Virus record (IMG/VR): IMGVR_UViG_3300012041_000004
Location: 1 to 59,725 of that record
Reading direction: 5' to 3' (one strand)
Origin: a virus
Lineage: Duplodnaviria; Caudoviricetes
DNA length: 59,725 nucleotides
Position numbers and translations under genes: made by a program. The notes under the pieces are model-generated. The model did no database searches, was not told where the DNA came from, and was given only the letters and a program-made list of their open reading frames with translations. Position 1 is the stretch's first letter. Every line of letters starts with the position of its first letter. This document shows positions 56,830 to 59,725 of this stretch, in pieces.

Positions 56830-57045
56830 CTAGCCTTCCATCTGGAAGACGTACCGAGCCTGAGAAGTGACGAGGCCGATCAGCCCATTGCCCAGATCGA
56901 CCAGGCGCTTGATGTTGGCCGATAGGATGAGCTCCTCCACCTGTTCGCGGGTGAGGCGAACCTGAAGGGAATCTCCACCTTGGAGCATCACGGACTGCCG
57001 TCCCTGCCGAGGGGATGTCGTAGTCCAGATGTAGGTCGTAACCAT
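56830..57045 (-). CDS. Hypothetical protein
   Basis: AGGAGG RBS. Confidence 0.65.
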   Translation of the reverse strand: MVTTYIWTTTSPRQGRQSVMLQGGDSLQVRLTREQVEELILSANIKRLVDLGNGLIGLVTSQARYVFQMEG

Positions 57046-57055
57046 GAAGTACCTC

Positions 57056-57283
57056 CTAGCCGCAGTGGCAATTGTGTAGAACGTTGAGGCATCCGCCGCA
57101 GAAGCTGTGTGTTAGGTAGAGGCCCTCCTCCAGTGCTTGGTTGATTTCTCGGCGGAGCTTTCGGGCTTTTGAGTACCGCCCGTTCTGCTCGGCGAGTTGG
57201 AGTTGAGATCGGAGGTAGCGGAGTGTCTCGATGTTCTCCTCTGCCCGAGCCTGATGGTTGAAGGAGAGGTCGATCCTCTCCAT
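57056..57283 (-). CDS. Hypothetical protein with Cys/His C-terminus
   Basis: MERIDLSF start; FCGGC...HNCHC. Confidence 0.55.
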   Translation of the reverse strand: MERIDLSFNHQARAEENIETLRYLRSQLQLAEQNGRYSKARKLRREINQALEEGLYLTHSFCGGCLNVLHNCHCG

Positions 57284-57550
57284 GTCGATCCCCAGCTTTT
57301 GACTACCAGCCTTTTCGCGGCGGCGGACAAAGGGGGATGAAGTCGAGCGGAGCGAAGCGGGTCGGCTCACTTGATGTGGAGGCCGATCCGTCCAAGGCGG
57401 AGAACCCAACCCTGTCCGTAGTGGAAGAGGCCCCAGCGGGAAGTAGTGGGGGAACTCCAGAAGATCTGCCCCCATGAGTAATGCCGGCGGGTCGTAACCA
57501 ACTTCTCGTACCTCCTAGTCCGTCGCGGGCCGTCCGCGTCCGTCCCAGTT

Positions 57551-57579
57551 ATTATAATATCCCAGGAACCTGTAGTCAA
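57551..57579 (-). promoter_or_regulatory. Sigma70-type promoter
   Basis: TTGACT-17 bp-TATAAT; spacer similar to the 54823 promoter. Confidence 0.8.
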
Positions 57580-57727
57580 GGGGTAGTTATAAACTGATCA
57601 CACATCTCTTTTGGTATGTTCAGGATCAGCAACTCCCCAGGCTTACCAAACCCCGTAGCCCAGGGAAGGCTGCTGATCCTGAATCTGGCAGCCCTCGCGC
57701 GCGACGCGCGTTATATTGACCGCGCGC

Positions 57728-57756
57728 GTTATATATAATCCCCAACATCTTGTCAA
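57728..57756 (-). promoter_or_regulatory. Sigma70-type promoter
   Basis: TTGACA-17 bp-TATAAC. Confidence 0.6.
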
Positions 57757-57917
57757 GGAGTTTGAAACCGCGGTTCACAGATCTCGGAAAACCAGATCCC
57801 CTTCGCCATTCGAAAAATTTTGATGCTGATGTTGGAGAAGGGGTTCCTGGGTTCACCCCTGGGGGTTCTGGCTTTGGCCCGTCTAGGACAAAAATCTCAG
57901 TCCGTCTGAAAGGGCTC

Positions 57918-58535
57918 TTAAGCTTCTTTTTTCGAGGAGTAATACATCCAACGCTTGCGCCCGCTCGCGGACTCCTCCTCTTCCCTCACCAGGTAGCCTT
58001 TCTCCACCATCTTGTCTAGAAGACGGTTCATCGAAGCCCTGGGCAACCCAGTCCCCGCCATCAGTTCAGCAACTGACATCGGCATGGAAGGATCGGCATC
58101 AAGCCAACCCTTGAGGTCCTTCGCCGCAGATTGCATCGTCTTGCTCTCTGCTCTAGTTCGAGGTTGCTTATCTGGTCCTCTTCGACGAGGAGAACCACCA
58201 TCAGCCGCGGCACCTTTCCCCACAGGGAGTGGTTGGGGTTCGGGGAAGTCGTTCGTTGGTGGAACGATTACCAGCCAGCAGAGGACACAACATCTTGCAA
58301 TCCCGAGGCTGATCCATTCCTTGCCTTCGTTGCGAAACAGCTCGACTGGAACTGTCCCCCCCATGCTCTCTGGAGAACCATGCGTTACGCAATCGCGCAT
58401 ATACACGGTTTCTGCAGCGGTTTTGCTGTTGTATCTGGTAGGTAGGATCTTCTTCCTACGCTCCTTCGATCCAGCAATCGCGATGGTCGAGATGCGGCCG
58501 GGATCTGATGTCTTCAGATAGCCGGATAGCGGCAT
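57918..58535 (-). CDS. Protein with C-terminal winged-helix DNA-binding domain
   Basis: MSVAELMAGTGLPRASMNRLLDKMVEKGYL...GRKRWMY; AGGAGG RBS. Confidence 0.7.
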   Translation of the reverse strand: MPLSGYLKTSDPGRISTIAIAGSKERRKKILPTRYNSKTAAETVYMRDCVTHGSPESMGGTVPVELFRNEGKEWISLGIARCCVLCWLVIVPPTNDFPEPQPLPVGKGAAADGGSPRRRGPDKQPRTRAESKTMQSAAKDLKGWLDADPSMPMSVAELMAGTGLPRASMNRLLDKMVEKGYLVREEEESASGRKRWMYYSSKKEA

Positions 58536-58943
58536 TCTTGGTCCTCCTGGTTACCCAACTATTGGTACCCCCATTATAGACCCAATGGCAATTATGGGCA
58601 AGGCGAGATTGCCTACGGGGGGTAGTTTGGTGGATAAACAGCCCGTGTCCACCTACTGGGGGTGGTCTAGTCCTTTAGGACCGACCCCCAGTTGGGCACG
58701 TGGCTGTATCCCACCACCCCCCTGACTTTCCGTTTTACTGTTGCCCAACTGTCCCCTGTGGTAGATTATACGGTTTAGCCCTGGGTTGGGCAGGAGATGT
58801 AAACTGTCCAGAGTACTGTGCTTGACAGTATCCAGACAGTAACGAACAGTATATGTAGTTTCCCAGTCGACATCGCCAAGTCGACAGACCGGTCTATACG
58901 TGTCCACCGGGACCGGTGATATCACGACCCCCACGTGCATCGA

Positions 58944-59252
58944 CTAGATGCCCTTCACCGGCCCGCCCTGTGGCCCGTCAGTGGCCTGGTAGGGAAGTAG
59001 TTGTCCATCCTCATCAGCTCCTCCGCAGACAACTACATCACCAAGGATTGTGCGTCCTACAAAGCTGGTGGCGAGGCGATTGATGGGTAGCTTCAGACTT
59101 CGTCCATCCGTATTCATGATCATCAATCCACCATCGAAGTGGAGTTCCTCGATATCGCCACCGACCAGGTGCTGCAGAGCTTCGAGCCCTTCGTCCTCCA
59201 GATCTCGAATCTCAGCCAGGCCTTCGGCAGGAAGTACTAGCACCCTAACCAT
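58944..59252 (-). CDS. DUF3846-like protein
   Basis: LEALQHLVGGDIE...N.DG....LPINRLAT...I.GDVVV.G. Confidence 0.7.
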   Translation of the reverse strand: MVRVLVLPAEGLAEIRDLEDEGLEALQHLVGGDIEELHFDGGLMIMNTDGRSLKLPINRLATSFVGRTILGDVVVCGGADEDGQLLPYQATDGPQGGPVKGI

Positions 59253-59526
59253 CTTTAGCTACGACGCGGACGACTTCGTCTGGGCCGCTGATGGATAGTT
59301 GCACCAGCCCTGGCTGGCCGCAGATCCTGCATGCACATCTAAACTCATGGGGCTTGCCATGGTGATCCTCTGGTGGCAATGGATAGGCGTCGAGAGCCTG
59401 CTGTTCGATCAAGAGGACGCGGTCGCGAATGAAGCCATCATCCTCCAGTTCGCAGTCCTCTCCATGCATCGCTCGGTGGTACTGACCCACCAGCTTCATG
59501 CCCTCTTCAGTCCTGGGTTCTTTCAT
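59245..59526 (-). CDS. Hypothetical protein
   Basis: GGGAG RBS; operon packing. Confidence 0.55.
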   Translation of the reverse strand: MKEPRTEEGMKLVGQYHRAMHGEDCELEDDGFIRDRVLLIEQQALDAYPLPPEDHHGKPHEFRCACRICGQPGLVQLSISGPDEVVRVVAKDG

Positions 59527-59716
59527 CTTGCTCCCTCTTCGCAGCCCAATCGTCTGATGTGAACGTGGTCAGGTGCTCGAATTCCTGGGTGGCGATAACG
59601 CGATCGGCCTCTGCTCTGTTCTCCGCGAGTAGTTCCTTCGCCTTCATGCAAGCAGGGCAGTCTTTGATCGATCCCGCATGGTTGGGTGGAATATGCTTCG
59701 GTTTGGTCCGCCTCAA
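59507..59716 (-). CDS. Hypothetical protein overlapping the terminal repeat
   Basis: H...CPAC; GGGAG RBS. Confidence 0.5.
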   Translation of the reverse strand: MRRTKPKHIPPNHAGSIKDCPACMKAKELLAENRAEADRVIATQEFEHLTTFTSDDWAAKREQDERTQD

Positions 59717-59725
59717 CTGCTCCCG
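59603..59725. repeat. Direct terminal repeat, copy 2
   Basis: Identical to 1-123. Confidence 0.95.

Overview
The window is an apparently complete ~59.6 kb tailed-phage genome. Bases 1-123 recur at 59603-59725, so it closes as a circle. It looks siphovirus-like (tape measure, no sheath) and has no recognisable integrase. A rightward replication and nucleotide-metabolism arm (5.8-18.3 kb) encodes a SNF2 helicase, dNMP kinase, all-alpha NTP pyrophosphatase, two thymidylate-synthase-fold paralogs, dCMP deaminase, a UDG-fused family A polymerase, exonuclease, Sak4-like ATPase, SSB and VRR-NUC. A ~29 kb leftward morphogenesis and lysis operon occupies 18.3-47.4 kb, followed by a repeat-rich, mostly non-coding putative terminus/regulatory region (47.4-49.2 kb). 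A leftward early region of small genes (49.2 kb, wrapping to 5.6 kb) has consensus sigma70-type promoters, a stand-alone RuvB, a C5 methyltransferase and a primase-helicase. Most notable: (1) both TS-fold paralogs carry Asp at the pyrimidine-specificity position, suggesting a possibly heterodimeric dCMP-modifying pathway; (2) a 988-aa GT2-TPR-methyltransferase-GT4 fusion sits right behind the major capsid gene, near a Ser/Thr-rich 23-repeat LamG fibre, a candidate virion glycosylation system; (3) an HNH nuclease is overprinted on the N-terminus of an RlpA-like gene; (4) a structured ~150-nt leader and a GATC-free, repeat-bearing region lie upstream of the terminase genes. All calls come from motif recognition by eye; no database searches were run.
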